The translations under genes were made by a program, and so were the position numbers. From the NCBI GenBank assembly GCA_963610315.1, contig CAVDMV010000004.1, forward strand, positions 7,381 through 71,380: a stretch of DNA of 64,000 bases, given 5' to 3'. Below, in pieces: positions 1 through 8,908 of this stretch. Within the stretch, counting starts at the first letter, position 1. Every line of letters starts with the position of its first letter. Source of the DNA: Acutalibacteraceae bacterium. GTDB taxonomy: Bacteria > Bacillota_I > Bacilli_A > RFN20 > CAG-449. The notes beneath the pieces are model-generated. The model searched no databases. It was not told the DNA's origin and saw only the letters and a program-made list of their open reading frames with translations.

Positions 1-171
1 ACTCTTCACCAAGGTAAATATCATCAAGTAAAAAGAATGTTTGAAATTTTTGGTTATACTGTTGTTAATTTACATCGAGAAACATTTGCTTTCTTAACTC
101 TTGAAGGTATTGAAGAAGGAAATTACCGCGAACTAACTGATGGAGAAGTTAGTAAACTAAAAGAATATTAA
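1..171 (+). CDS. C-terminal fragment of an RsuA/RluB-family pseudouridine synthase (5' end outside window)
   Basis: Frame 1 reads TLHQGKYHQVKRMFEIFGYTVVNLHRETFAFLTLEGIEEGNYRELTDGEVSKLKEY*. The GKYHQVKRMF block is the conserved C-terminal motif of this family. Stop TAA is at 169-171. Confidence 0.6.
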   Translation, partial: TLHQGKYHQVKRMFEIFGYTVVNLHRETFAFLTLEGIEEGNYRELTDGEVSKLKEY

Positions 172-178
172 TCTAAGT

Positions 179-211
179 CTATTTCCTAGTATTTAGGGAA
201 TAGATTTTTTT
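179..211 (+). terminator. Rho-independent terminator after the pseudouridine synthase fragment
   Basis: Stem CTATTTCCTA / TAGGGAATAG (one mismatch) followed by a T7 run. Confidence 0.7.
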
Positions 212-227
212 ATTAACTTTAAACATA

Positions 228-280
228 TTTCTTAACACTAGATTTTTAGACGTTACTCCTAAATTTCTAGTGTTAAGAAA
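228..280. repeat. 15-bp perfect inverted repeat (TTTCTTAACACTAGA / TCTAGTGTTAAGAAA) with a 23-nt spacer
   Basis: Read directly. Arms are at 228-242 and 266-280. No U-tract follows on either strand. Confidence 0.8.
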
Positions 281-413
281 AGGTATAACACTTGTTTAAA
301 TTTATTTTATATTTATGTTAAATATAGAATAACTTATTAGATATTTGTTAAGTTAGGATGGACACACCGAGATTTTTTTGCTATTATAAAATTGCCGAAG
401 AATTTTCTTAAAT

Positions 414-425
414 CTTGTATACAAG
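414..425. promoter_or_regulatory. Perfect 12-bp palindrome CTTGTATACAAG, a candidate operator; an identical copy is at 44567-44578
   Basis: Exact palindrome upstream of ppdK. The same 12-mer lies upstream of the maltodextrin operon. Confidence 0.4.
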
Positions 426-544
426 TTTATAAAAATAAAATATGCGTTTTTGCGTGAAAAACACTACTTTTTTTGATATTTTCAAGCAAAAAAATCTAGC
501 ATATTTTTTTTATTGTGTTAGAATAAACCCGTAGCATAAATTAT

Positions 545-558
545 TAATAGCGCTTACA
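545..558 (+). promoter_or_regulatory. cre-like site (TAATAGCGCTTACA) in the ppdK promoter region
   Basis: Matches 12 of 14 positions of cre consensus TGWAANCGNTNWCA. Shares the 12-mer CGCTTACATTTA with the mal-operon cre. A TATAAT is at 563-568. Confidence 0.4.
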
Positions 559-604
559 TTTATATAATTGTATATATTAATAATTAAACTAAGGGAGGAT
601 AAAT

Positions 605-3247
605 ATGCCAACAGAAAAACAATATGTTTTCCATTTCAAAGATGCTCATGGTATGGGTAAAGAATTACTAGGCGGTAAAGGTGCTGGCTTAGCTGAAATG
701 ACTTATATCGGAGTACCAATTCCACAAGGCTTCACAATTACAACAGAAGCATGTAATTTATATTATGACAGCGGTAAAAAATTACCTGAATTCGTCATTA
801 AACAAATCTATGATGCAATTCATAAAGTAGAAAAAGATTCTGGAAAGAATTTCGGTGGAGATAAAAATCCATTATTAGTATCAGTTAGATCTGGTGCAAG
901 AGTATCAATGCCAGGTATGATGGATACAATCTTAAATTTAGGTTTAAATGACAAGACTGTCGAAGTTTTAGCAAAAGAAACAAACAATGTTAGATTCGCT
1001 TATGACTCATATAGACGTTTTATCTTAATGTTTACAAATATCGCAAAAGGACATCCTAGAACCGATATGGATAAAATGCTCGATGATTTAAAGAAATCTA
1101 AAGGTTATAAATTAGATACAGAAGTAACTGCAGATGAATTAAAAGAATTAGTCGCAAAATACAAAGATTATTATAAATCAGTATTTGGTGAAGATTTCCC
1201 AACTGATCCATATGTACAATTAGTCGAAGCTGTTACTGCAGTCTTTAGATCATGGGACAACCCAAGAGCGAACGTATATAGAATGATGAACTCAATTCCT
1301 TATTCATGGGGAACTGCAGTTAACGTTCAATCAATGGCATTCGGTAACAAAGGTGAAACATCAGGTACAGGTGTTGCTTTCTCTAGAGACCCTGCAACAG
1401 GTGAAAAAGTCGTTTCAGCAGAATATTTACCAAACGCACAAGGTGAAGACGTTGTCGCAGGTATTCGTACTCCATTACACATCGATGAATTAAAGAGAAG
1501 AATGCCAGATGTATATGATCAATTCATGACTACTATCAAAAAGATGGAAGCTCATTATAGAGATATGCAAGATATGGAATTCACTGTTGAAGAAGGTAAA
1601 TTATACTTCTTACAAACTCGTAATGGTAAGAGAACTCCAGCTGCAGCATTAAAGATGGCTTGTGACATGGTTGATGAAGGTTTAATTTCAACTGATGAAG
1701 CAGTCTTAAGAATTGATGCAGTTTCATTTGACAAATTATTATTACCTAACTTTGTTAAAGCAGATTTAGATAAACATACTCCAATTGCAAAAGGCTTACC
1801 TGCAGGCCCAGGTGCTGGTACAGGTAAACTTGCATTCACTGCTGAAGAAGCAGAATTAAGACACCAAAACGGTGAAAAAGTTATCCTCGTAAGAGCCGAA
1901 ACTTCTCCAGAAGACCTTATCGGTATGGTCGCTTCAGAAGCTATCTTAACAATGCGTGGTGGTATGACTTCTCACGCAGCAGTTGTCGCTCGTGGTATGG
2001 GTAAATGCTGCGTTACAGGATGTTCTGCTGCTTTAATTGATGAAGAAGCAAAAACATTAACTATCGATGGTCACGTATATGGTGAAAACGATGTATTATC
2101 AATCGATGGTTCAACAGGTAACGTCTATGTTGGCGATATTGCAAAAGAATTACCAGACTTATCAAAAGGCTACTTCGGTAGATTAATGGGCTGGGTTGAT
2201 GAAGCAAGAAAATTAAGAGTTAGAACAAACGCAGATTCTCCACGTGATGCAAAACAAGCTCTTGCATTCGGTGCAGAAGGTATTGGTCTATGCCGTACTG
2301 AACATATGTTCTTTGCAAAAGATAGAATCTTCTCAATGAGAAAGATGATTCTTGCAGATAATAAAGAAGAAAGAGTCGCAGCTCTAAAAGAAATTGAACC
2401 ATTACAACAATCAGACTTCGAAGGAATGTACGAAATCATGTTAGGCATGAATGTCAACGTTAGATTACTTGACCCACCTCTACATGAATTCTTACCAACA
2501 AGAGTTGAAGACCAAGAAGAACTTGCAAAAGCAACAGGTAAAACTCTTGAACAAGTACAAGCACGTTGTGAAGAATTACACGAATTCAACCCAATGATGG
2601 GCTTCCGTGGATGTAGACTTGCTGTTCAATATCCAGAAATCTGTGAAATGCAAACAACTGCAATTATTAAAGCTGCAATCAATGTTCAAAATAGAACAGG
2701 TAAAGCAGTCGAACCAGAAATTATGATTCCACTTGTAATCGATGTTAAAGAATTAAAATTCGTTAAGAACATCATTACAACAACTGCAGATAAATTAATT
2801 AAAGAAGCAGGTGTCAATATGACATACCACGTTGGTACAATGATTGAAATCCCAAGAGCAGCATTACTCTCCGATGAAATTGCACGTGAAGCAGAATACT
2901 TCTCATTTGGTACTAACGACTTAACACAAATGACATTTGGTTTCTCTAGAGACGACGCAACTAAGTTCTTACCAGCTTATTATGACGCGAAGATCTTAGA
3001 AGAAGATCCATTCAAGACATTAGACCAAAATGGTGTTGGTAAGCTCGTTGAAATGTCAGTTAAACTCGGCCGTTCAACTAGAAAAGACTTACACGTTGGT
3101 GTCTGTGGAGAAACTGGTGGCGAACCTAACTCAATTAACTTCTACCACAAAGCAGGACTTGATTATGTTTCATGTTCACCATTCAGAGTTCCAGTCGCTC
3201 GTTTAGCTGCTGCACAAGCTGCAATTAAAGAAAAATTAGGAAAGTAA
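605..3247 (+). CDS. ppdK: Pyruvate, phosphate dikinase
   Basis: 880 aa. N-terminal ATP-grasp region (GGKGAGLAEM), phospho-histidine motif GGMTSHAAVVARGMG, C-terminal PEP-utilising TIM barrel (GLCRTEHMF, SFGTNDLTQ). GGAGGA RBS upstream. Confidence 0.97.
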   Translation: MPTEKQYVFHFKDAHGMGKELLGGKGAGLAEMTYIGVPIPQGFTITTEACNLYYDSGKKLPEFVIKQIYDAIHKVEKDSGKNFGGDKNPLLVSVRSGARVSMPGMMDTILNLGLNDKTVEVLAKETNNVRFAYDSYRRFILMFTNIAKGHPRTDMDKMLDDLKKSKGYKLDTEVTADELKELVAKYKDYYKSVFGEDFPTDPYVQLVEAVTAVFRSWDNPRANVYRMMNSIPYSWGTAVNVQSMAFGNKGETSGTGVAFSRDPATGEKVVSAEYLPNAQGEDVVAGIRTPLHIDELKRRMPDVYDQFMTTIKKMEAHYRDMQDMEFTVEEGKLYFLQTRNGKRTPAAALKMACDMVDEGLISTDEAVLRIDAVSFDKLLLPNFVKADLDKHTPIAKGLPAGPGAGTGKLAFTAEEAELRHQNGEKVILVRAETSPEDLIGMVASEAILTMRGGMTSHAAVVARGMGKCCVTGCSAALIDEEAKTLTIDGHVYGENDVLSIDGSTGNVYVGDIAKELPDLSKGYFGRLMGWVDEARKLRVRTNADSPRDAKQALAFGAEGIGLCRTEHMFFAKDRIFSMRKMILADNKEERVAALKEIEPLQQSDFEGMYEIMLGMNVNVRLLDPPLHEFLPTRVEDQEELAKATGKTLEQVQARCEELHEFNPMMGFRGCRLAVQYPEICEMQTTAIIKAAINVQNRTGKAVEPEIMIPLVIDVKELKFVKNIITTTADKLIKEAGVNMTYHVGTMIEIPRAALLSDEIAREAEYFSFGTNDLTQMTFGFSRDDATKFLPAYYDAKILEEDPFKTLDQNGVGKLVEMSVKLGRSTRKDLHVGVCGETGGEPNSINFYHKAGLDYVSCSPFRVPVARLAAAQAAIKEKLGK

Positions 3248-3251
3248 TTTA

Positions 3252-3395
3252 ATTTTTATTCCTCTAGCTCATAGTGAAAAACTATGAGCTTTTCTTATAC
3301 TTTCAAAAATACTATCTATTTTTATTCCTTTTTCATATTAAGCAATATCTATTTTTATTCCTTTTTTAACTTTTTCAGTATCCATTTTTATTCCT
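3252..3395. repeat. Four phased copies of ATTTTTATTCCT, extended core TATC(T/C)ATTTTTATTCCTTTT in the last three
   Basis: Copies start at 3252, 3318, 3351 and 3384, giving spacings of 66, 33 and 33 bp. The region is non-coding, between ppdK and the lipoprotein gene. Confidence 0.8.
3266..3294 (+). terminator. ppdK terminator
   Basis: Stem AGCTCATAGT / ACTATGAGCT (perfect 10 bp), loop GAAAA, then TTTC. Confidence 0.75.
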
Positions 3396-3737
3396 TTTGT
3401 AAAAAATATAGTATTAATATTATTAAATACGACACGTTAAATTTATAATTATGTAATTAGATTTTAATATTCTGCTTTAACAATTAAAAGAATAATAAAT
3501 AGTTTTTAAATATAATATATTTGATAGCGAAATTTTAAAATTGTTATATAATTTTACTTTTTGTTTTGTTAATTTTAATATTTTTTTCAATAATTATTTA
3601 TCAATTTTAAGCAATTTAATTTAAACAATATAATAAATGGTCAATATTTGGTAAAATATAACTGCTCAAGTTAGAAATATGTAAAATATTCTAATTTGTA
3701 ATTTCATTATTTTTGAAAGGGGAAAAGTTTTAAAATC

Positions 3738-5414
3738 ATGAAAGTAAACAAATTATTCACACTTGCAGTAACTTTATTATTATCTACTGTTACTGTCGTT
3801 TCCTGCGGAAACAACAATCAATCTACTAGCCAATCATCCGCTAGCGCATCATCTCAAACTGTAGAATCATCTTCTTCAGCATCTTCAGCAAGTTCTTCTG
3901 CATCTTCTTCAGCAGTATCATCTTCTGAAAGTTCTTCAGCAACTTCATCATCATCTTCTTCAGCAGAAGTAATTAATTATGGTACTCAAGACGCTCCATT
4001 AACAATTGCAGAAGCTAAAGCATTATGTGATAAATTAGGAGACAATAAAGTTTCTACTACTCCATTATTCGTTAAAGGTTATGTTGTAGAAATTTCATTC
4101 AATTCTACATATAGTAACTATGAAATTTGGTTAAGTACTACATCAACTGGTGAAAAAGAATTTGAATTATATGCTTGTGTCATTAAAGATGGTGTTAATA
4201 CTCCAAAAGTAGGTTCACAAGTTATCGCAACTGGATATTATGAAAAATATGTTAAAGACACATCAACAACATATGAATTAACAAAAACTACAATAGATGA
4301 CACTAAAGTATATCCAACAGTTACTTGGTCTGATGCAGAAGCACCAGCTCCAGTTAATTATGGTTCAGCAGATTCTCCAATTTCTATTGCTGACGCAAAA
4401 GCAATTGCAACTAGTACTGCTTCAACAGAAGATTGCTATATCACAGCTTTTGTATCAAGTGTTAAAGTTGAATCTGATGGAACTTATACAATTGAATTAT
4501 CAGACGCTGAAGACGGCGCAAAAACATTCACATTCTACAAAGGATCTTTATCAGAAGGAATTGATGCACCTGTTATCGGTGATAAAATTGTCGCAAAAGG
4601 TAAATTAATCTATTTCAACAACTATAAATACGAATTAACAGATTGCAGCGTTATCAAATTAACAAAAGGAACTAAAACATATGCAGTCACTGCATCTATC
4701 GTTGACGCTGAAGGAACTGCTTCTACAAACGTAACTGTAACAGGATTACCAACAGAAAATATTTTACCAGGCACTTCTGTTACATTTACCGTAACTCCAG
4801 TAGAAGGATATGTTGTTGATTCAGTTCAATATAATGGTACTGATCTTCCACAAAATACCGATGGAACTTATACATTCTCAAGTGAATATTCTAACAGCGT
4901 TTCAATCACAGTTATAGAAGATACTGGGGAATTAAAATTTAGCTTAACAACTTCAACATTAGCGAACTTCCCAGAAGCATATCCATCAGCTGATAACCCT
5001 GCAGAAGTTACATACACAAAAGATGGAACTACCGTTACATTTGTAACTACAATGGCTAATTACGGTAATGGCATTCAATCAAGATTAAAAAATGGCGGAG
5101 GTTATAACAAGGGCACTTATTTATATAATAGAGACGCATTACCTGAAGCTATTTCTTCTATTGAAATTACACCAAATGCAAAATGGACAAGTGCTACATC
5201 TGCTCTTTACGTAAAATTTAGTGCTACACCATTTACTGCTGCAGATGAAGAAACCGTATTTGATGCTACTATTACTAAAGAAACAAAAACTGTAACATGT
5301 AATGTTGCAAATGCAAAATATGTCTATTTCATACATGGTGTAACAGGTGCAGTAAATATTGACGAAATTACAATTAATTTTGCAACTGAAGATACAACTA
5401 CTCCAGCTGAATAA
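3738..5414 (+). CDS. Surface lipoprotein with Ser-rich stalk, two tandem ~105-aa modules and C-terminal beta-rich domains (function unknown)
   Basis: Signal peptide plus lipobox (VVSC-G). S/A-rich linker at aa 24-76. Duplicated NYG..D.P..IA.AKA...YELT modules at aa 78-185 and 205-308. Confidence 0.85.
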   Translation: MKVNKLFTLAVTLLLSTVTVVSCGNNNQSTSQSSASASSQTVESSSSASSASSSASSSAVSSSESSSATSSSSSSAEVINYGTQDAPLTIAEAKALCDKLGDNKVSTTPLFVKGYVVEISFNSTYSNYEIWLSTTSTGEKEFELYACVIKDGVNTPKVGSQVIATGYYEKYVKDTSTTYELTKTTIDDTKVYPTVTWSDAEAPAPVNYGSADSPISIADAKAIATSTASTEDCYITAFVSSVKVESDGTYTIELSDAEDGAKTFTFYKGSLSEGIDAPVIGDKIVAKGKLIYFNNYKYELTDCSVIKLTKGTKTYAVTASIVDAEGTASTNVTVTGLPTENILPGTSVTFTVTPVEGYVVDSVQYNGTDLPQNTDGTYTFSSEYSNSVSITVIEDTGELKFSLTTSTLANFPEAYPSADNPAEVTYTKDGTTVTFVTTMANYGNGIQSRLKNGGGYNKGTYLYNRDALPEAISSIEITPNAKWTSATSALYVKFSATPFTAADEETVFDATITKETKTVTCNVANAKYVYFIHGVTGAVNIDEITINFATEDTTTPAE

Positions 5415-5433
5415 TTATTTATAAATACCATTT

Positions 5434-5463
5434 AGACCAAAGGTTAACTTTGGTCTTTTCTTT
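5434..5463 (+). terminator. Terminator of the lipoprotein gene
   Basis: Stem AGACCAAAG / CTTTGGTCT followed by TTTTC. Confidence 0.75.
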
Positions 5464-5470
5464 TGCACTA

Positions 5471-5500
5471 TAAAAGCCTAGTTTATCCGTTAAACTAGGC
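5471..5500 (-). terminator. prs terminator
   Basis: Stem GCCTAGTTTA / TAAACTAGGC, with a U-run on the minus strand (plus-strand TAAAA at 5471-5475). Confidence 0.7.
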
Positions 5501-5524
5501 TCGTTTTAATATATTTTAAATCAA

Positions 5525-6481
5525 TTAATCTTTATATAAATCGTAGATTACTGAAACAGGTTCACCATCTTCAATATTTTCAATAACACGTGCAATCATA
5601 GGTGCTAAAGAAAGAACATGAACGCGAGGATCTTTCATTCTTTCTGGAAGAGGAATTGAGTTAGTTGTAACAATTTCATCAAATGTTCCATCTAATAATC
5701 TATCCGCGGCAGGACCTGAGAATACGCCGTGAGAACAAACGATTCTAACTGATTTAGCTCCCTTAGCTTTTAATTGAATTGCCCCAGCATGTGCGCTTCC
5801 AGCTGTATCAATCATATCGTCGATCATTAAGCAATCTTTACCTTCAACATCACCGATGATGTTCATAACTTCTGCAACATTTGGTTTAGTTCTACGTTTA
5901 TCGATAATCGCTAAAGGAAGATTTAATTTTTCCGCGACTTTTCTAGCTCTATTAACTCCGCCGTGATCTGGTGATACAATAACAGTATTTTCAGTTACTT
6001 TATCTTTGAAATAGTTAGAAATTAATGGTGCTGCAGATAATTCATCAACTAAGCATGAGAAGAATCCTTGGATTTGTGCTGCATGTAATTCAACAGTAAT
6101 AACTCTATCAACGCCTGCAGTCTTTAATAAGTCTGCGACAAGTCTAGATGTGATAGGTTGTCTAGGTTTAGATTTTCTATCTTGTCTAGCATAACCAAAA
6201 TAAGGGATTACAACATTGATCTTATGCGCTGATGCTCTTTTAAGTGCATCGACAAAAATTAAGATTTCGAATAAATGTTCTGTAACAGGTGTACAAGTAG
6301 ATTGAACAATATATACATCCTTTTCTCTTACAGAATCTTTAGGTTCACAAATGATTTCACCGTCTGCAAAGTGATTAACCATTACTTCTGATACTTCCAT
6401 ATCCAATAACTTTGCGATTTCATCAGTTAATTCCTTGTTCGCAGTTAATGAGAATAGTACCGTTTTGTTTTTATTTAACAT
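5525..6481 (-). CDS. prs: Ribose-phosphate pyrophosphokinase
   Basis: 318 aa with the PRPP synthetase motifs (YARQDRK, DLHA-like ELHAAQIQGFF, PRPP-binding loop MIDDMIDTAGS). Confidence 0.96.
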   Translation of the reverse strand: MLNKNKTVLFSLTANKELTDEIAKLLDMEVSEVMVNHFADGEIICEPKDSVREKDVYIVQSTCTPVTEHLFEILIFVDALKRASAHKINVVIPYFGYARQDRKSKPRQPITSRLVADLLKTAGVDRVITVELHAAQIQGFFSCLVDELSAAPLISNYFKDKVTENTVIVSPDHGGVNRARKVAEKLNLPLAIIDKRRTKPNVAEVMNIIGDVEGKDCLMIDDMIDTAGSAHAGAIQLKAKGAKSVRIVCSHGVFSGPAADRLLDGTFDEIVTTNSIPLPERMKDPRVHVLSLAPMIARVIENIEDGEPVSVIYDLYKD

Positions 6482-6583
6482 AGTCTCTCCTTTAACGATA
6501 AATTAATATCATTAATATTATAATGTCAATTTTTAACTAATTCATTATAAAACAGCAAAAAAGCGCATTCTTTTTTTAGAATT

Positions 6584-6609
6584 TAAAAAGACTTCATTAC
6601 GAAGTCTTA
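6584..6609 (-). terminator. Hairpin overlapping the ispE stop codon
   Basis: Minus-strand stem AAGACTTC / GAAGTCTT, loop GTAAT, then TTTT. Confidence 0.55.
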
Positions 6610-7461
6610 AAGTGTTTTTGTTAAGAAAGTCTTATATCCAAATGATTTTAGTTCTTCATTAATCTTTTCTAATTTCTTATAATCATGGCTTAATGCATAA
6701 ACACAAGATCCAGATCCTGTCATCATAGAAAGAGGTAATTTAGAAGCAACTAAGAGATTTTTTAATTTTTCAACTTCTTTTGAAAGTTCAAATGCAGGAT
6801 CTTCTAAATCATTACCCATATTGCATTCAATCTTTTCAATATCATCATGAGCTAAACCTTCGATTAATTCATCAACATCAAATTTTCTATTAAAATTAGT
6901 TTCATCATATTTTTTATAAACATCTTTAGTTGATAGTCCAACATCTGGTTTAACTAATAAACAGAAGAATGATTTTTTAACTTTAATTTTTTCAATCTTT
7001 TCACCTTTAGAAGAAACTCTTGCTGGCATACATTTTAAGCAAAGAGGGACATCAGAACCAATTTTTGCACCTAATGCACATAATTCATCCATTGATAAAT
7101 GTAATTTGAATAATTTATTTAAACCAACTAGAACTACCGCGCCATCAGAAGAGCCTCCTCCTAGACCTGCACACATTGGGATTTCTTTATGAATATGAAT
7201 TCTGACTTTTTTATTAACATTATATGTATCTCTAATAAGTTTTAAAGTCTTATAAACAATATTAGATTCATCAGTTGGTAATGATTTATCGTCACAAGTA
7301 ATAATTGAATCATAATTATCAGGTAGTAATTCCATTTCAATACGATCATGTAATTCAATCGGTAAAGTTACCATATCAACATAGTGATAACCATCGTTAT
7401 CATCTTTACCTAATATCTTTAATGCTAAATTTATTTTAGCGTATGCTTTTAACATTAACAT
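6607..7461 (-). CDS. ispE: 4-diphosphocytidyl-2-C-methyl-D-erythritol kinase
   Basis: GHMP-kinase motif PMCAGLGGGSSD; N-terminus AYAKINLALKILG is typical of IspE. Start moved to the ATG at 7461, which is preceded by GGAGGA. The track's longer ORF runs into rsmA. Confidence 0.9.
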   Translation of the reverse strand: MLMLKAYAKINLALKILGKDDNDGYHYVDMVTLPIELHDRIEMELLPDNYDSIITCDDKSLPTDESNIVYKTLKLIRDTYNVNKKVRIHIHKEIPMCAGLGGGSSDGAVVLVGLNKLFKLHLSMDELCALGAKIGSDVPLCLKCMPARVSSKGEKIEKIKVKKSFFCLLVKPDVGLSTKDVYKKYDETNFNRKFDVDELIEGLAHDDIEKIECNMGNDLEDPAFELSKEVEKLKNLLVASKLPLSMMTGSGSCVYALSHDYKKLEKINEELKSFGYKTFLTKTL

Positions 7462-7529
7462 TGTTGTGTCCTCCGCATAAATACAACATTCATATTTTAT
7501 ACTATTTATCGTTAATATACTATAAATTA

Positions 7530-8366
7530 TTATTTTCCATAATAACAAGCTTTAGTTAATTCTAAATAATCATTTAAAGAAAGACTTTCTGGTCTTCTAG
7601 AAGGCTCAATTTGAGCCTTCGATAAAATATCTACCGCTTTATCTTTTGATTTAAAATAGTTCGTTAAATTATTTAAAATAGTCTTTCTTCTCGAAACAAA
7701 GCTTCCTTTTACTAATTTAACAAATTCCTTATTAAATAAAGGATCTTCGTTTATTTTATTAGTAAATTCAATCTTTAAAATAATTGAATCAACATTAGGC
7801 ATAGGAATATAACATTTATAAGATACTTTTCTTACTACGCTTAATTTACCTACATAATCAATAAAGATATTAATAGGAGAATAATCTTTAGATTTTTCTT
7901 TTACATTTAATCTTTCATATACTTCTTTTTGAACCATGAATTCAAATGTCTTTATATCTAATGAAGAAGTAATTATTTTTTCAATAATTGGAGTAGTGAC
8001 ATTATAAGGTACATTAGAGATAAATTTTAATTCTATACCTTCATATTTACTTAAATCTACTTTTAAGAAATCTTCATTATATAAAGAAAAATTATTATAA
8101 GATTTAAATTCTTCTTTTAAATGATTTACCATGTCTACATCAATTTCATAAGCATCAACATCATAATTTCTATTTAATAATTCTTGAGTTAAAGCTCCGA
8201 GCCCTGGTCCAATTTCAATAACCTTTTCTTTTGTTACATTTAAAGCATCAACTGAAGACGTAACTACATCATAATCAGTTAAGAAATTTTGAGAGAAATG
8301 CTTCTTTGGAGTAAGCATTAATTCAGTCATCTTCGTTACTACATATTCTTTACTTGCGATTATCAT
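7530..8366 (-). CDS. rsmA: 16S rRNA (adenine1518/1519-N6)-dimethyltransferase
   Basis: KsgA motifs FSQNFL, EIGPGLGALT, NVPYNVTTP. Start chosen at the ATG at 8366, 8 nt after GGAGG. Confidence 0.93.
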   Translation of the reverse strand: MIIASKEYVVTKMTELMLTPKKHFSQNFLTDYDVVTSSVDALNVTKEKVIEIGPGLGALTQELLNRNYDVDAYEIDVDMVNHLKEEFKSYNNFSLYNEDFLKVDLSKYEGIELKFISNVPYNVTTPIIEKIITSSLDIKTFEFMVQKEVYERLNVKEKSKDYSPINIFIDYVGKLSVVRKVSYKCYIPMPNVDSIILKIEFTNKINEDPLFNKEFVKLVKGSFVSRRKTILNNLTNYFKSKDKAVDILSKAQIEPSRRPESLSLNDYLELTKACYYGK

Positions 8367-8907
8367 TCTTAATACCTCCAATAAATTCTCTTAATTCTTC
8401 TTTATTAACATTCATAACACTTAATCTTTTCATGAGTGTTTTAGATGAACCAAAGCCTAGATTATATTTCTTATATACTTCATCTCTTAAATAAGAAGAA
8501 TTATCTTTTCCACATAATCCTAATTCATACATATCATTAATTTCATAATTATATTTAATATCATTAGTTTTTGAATAGCATTTCGCATCTTTTAAAGCTC
8601 TAATAATTTCTTCTAAACAAGTTTCTGCAACACCTAATTTCTTTCCATTACTTGCTTTTGACCTATCAACATAAGCTTGATAAGCATTAGGAACAACAGA
8701 AGTTACTTTTTCTCTAATTCTAAGTCCTGGATAATCAGGATCAGTTAAAATAATTATCTTATAATTCTTAGATAATTCCTTAATATATTCTAATGTTTCA
8801 CGTGGAATATCAGAGCCATTTGTTGATACAAGTATTGCATCTGTTAATTTACTTAAAACATCAATATCTGTCTTTCCTTCAACAACAATTACTACTTTTT
8901 CGTTCAT
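8350..8907 (-). CDS. rnmV: Ribonuclease M5 (Toprim domain)
   Basis: N-terminus VVIVVEGKTD and ILTDPDYPG are Toprim motifs. Conserved position between tatD and rsmA. Start ATG is at 8907, just after the tatD stop. Confidence 0.88.
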   Translation of the reverse strand: MNEKVVIVVEGKTDIDVLSKLTDAILVSTNGSDIPRETLEYIKELSKNYKIIILTDPDYPGLRIREKVTSVVPNAYQAYVDRSKASNGKKLGVAETCLEEIIRALKDAKCYSKTNDIKYNYEINDMYELGLCGKDNSSYLRDEVYKKYNLGFGSSKTLMKRLSVMNVNKEELREFIGGIKNDNRK

Positions 8908-8908
8908 A

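Noticed and set aside
1555-2589. Antisense ORFs inside ppdK (1555-1839, 2170-2589, 2220-2402). Similar antisense or overlapping ORFs lie inside other conserved genes, e.g. 10090-10479, 12001-12255, 19049-19249, 20355-20543, 24584-25162, 27438-28226, 30890-32096, 34307-34942, 40622-41017, 45517-45741, 48115-49755, 60415-60681.
   Set aside because: They lie entirely within well-supported conserved genes on the opposite strand or in another frame. They have low-complexity, Ser/Leu/Ile-rich translations and no RBS. This is typical spurious ORF noise in AT-rich DNA.
3252-3395. Phased 33-bp repeats considered as a CRISPR array
   Set aside because: The repeat core is only 12-20 nt and pure AT-rich, with no palindromic CRISPR-like structure. 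The 'spacers' are about 12 nt, there are only 3-4 units, and no cas genes occur in the window.
3807-3965. Ser/Ala-coding low-complexity DNA considered as an independent tandem repeat or minisatellite
   Set aside because: It is in frame within the lipoprotein gene and encodes the stalk linker. The repeat units are imperfect. It is mentioned only as possible length-variable coding sequence.
7462-7548. N-terminal extension of the ispE ORF given in the track. The same issue affects the track starts at 8381, 8937, 16655, 26058, 30851, 33789, 42489, 43964, 58883 and 61317.
   Set aside because: In each case, an internal ATG with a proper Shine-Dalgarno sequence gives the N-terminus expected for the protein family. 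The extension overlaps the upstream gene or a non-coding element.
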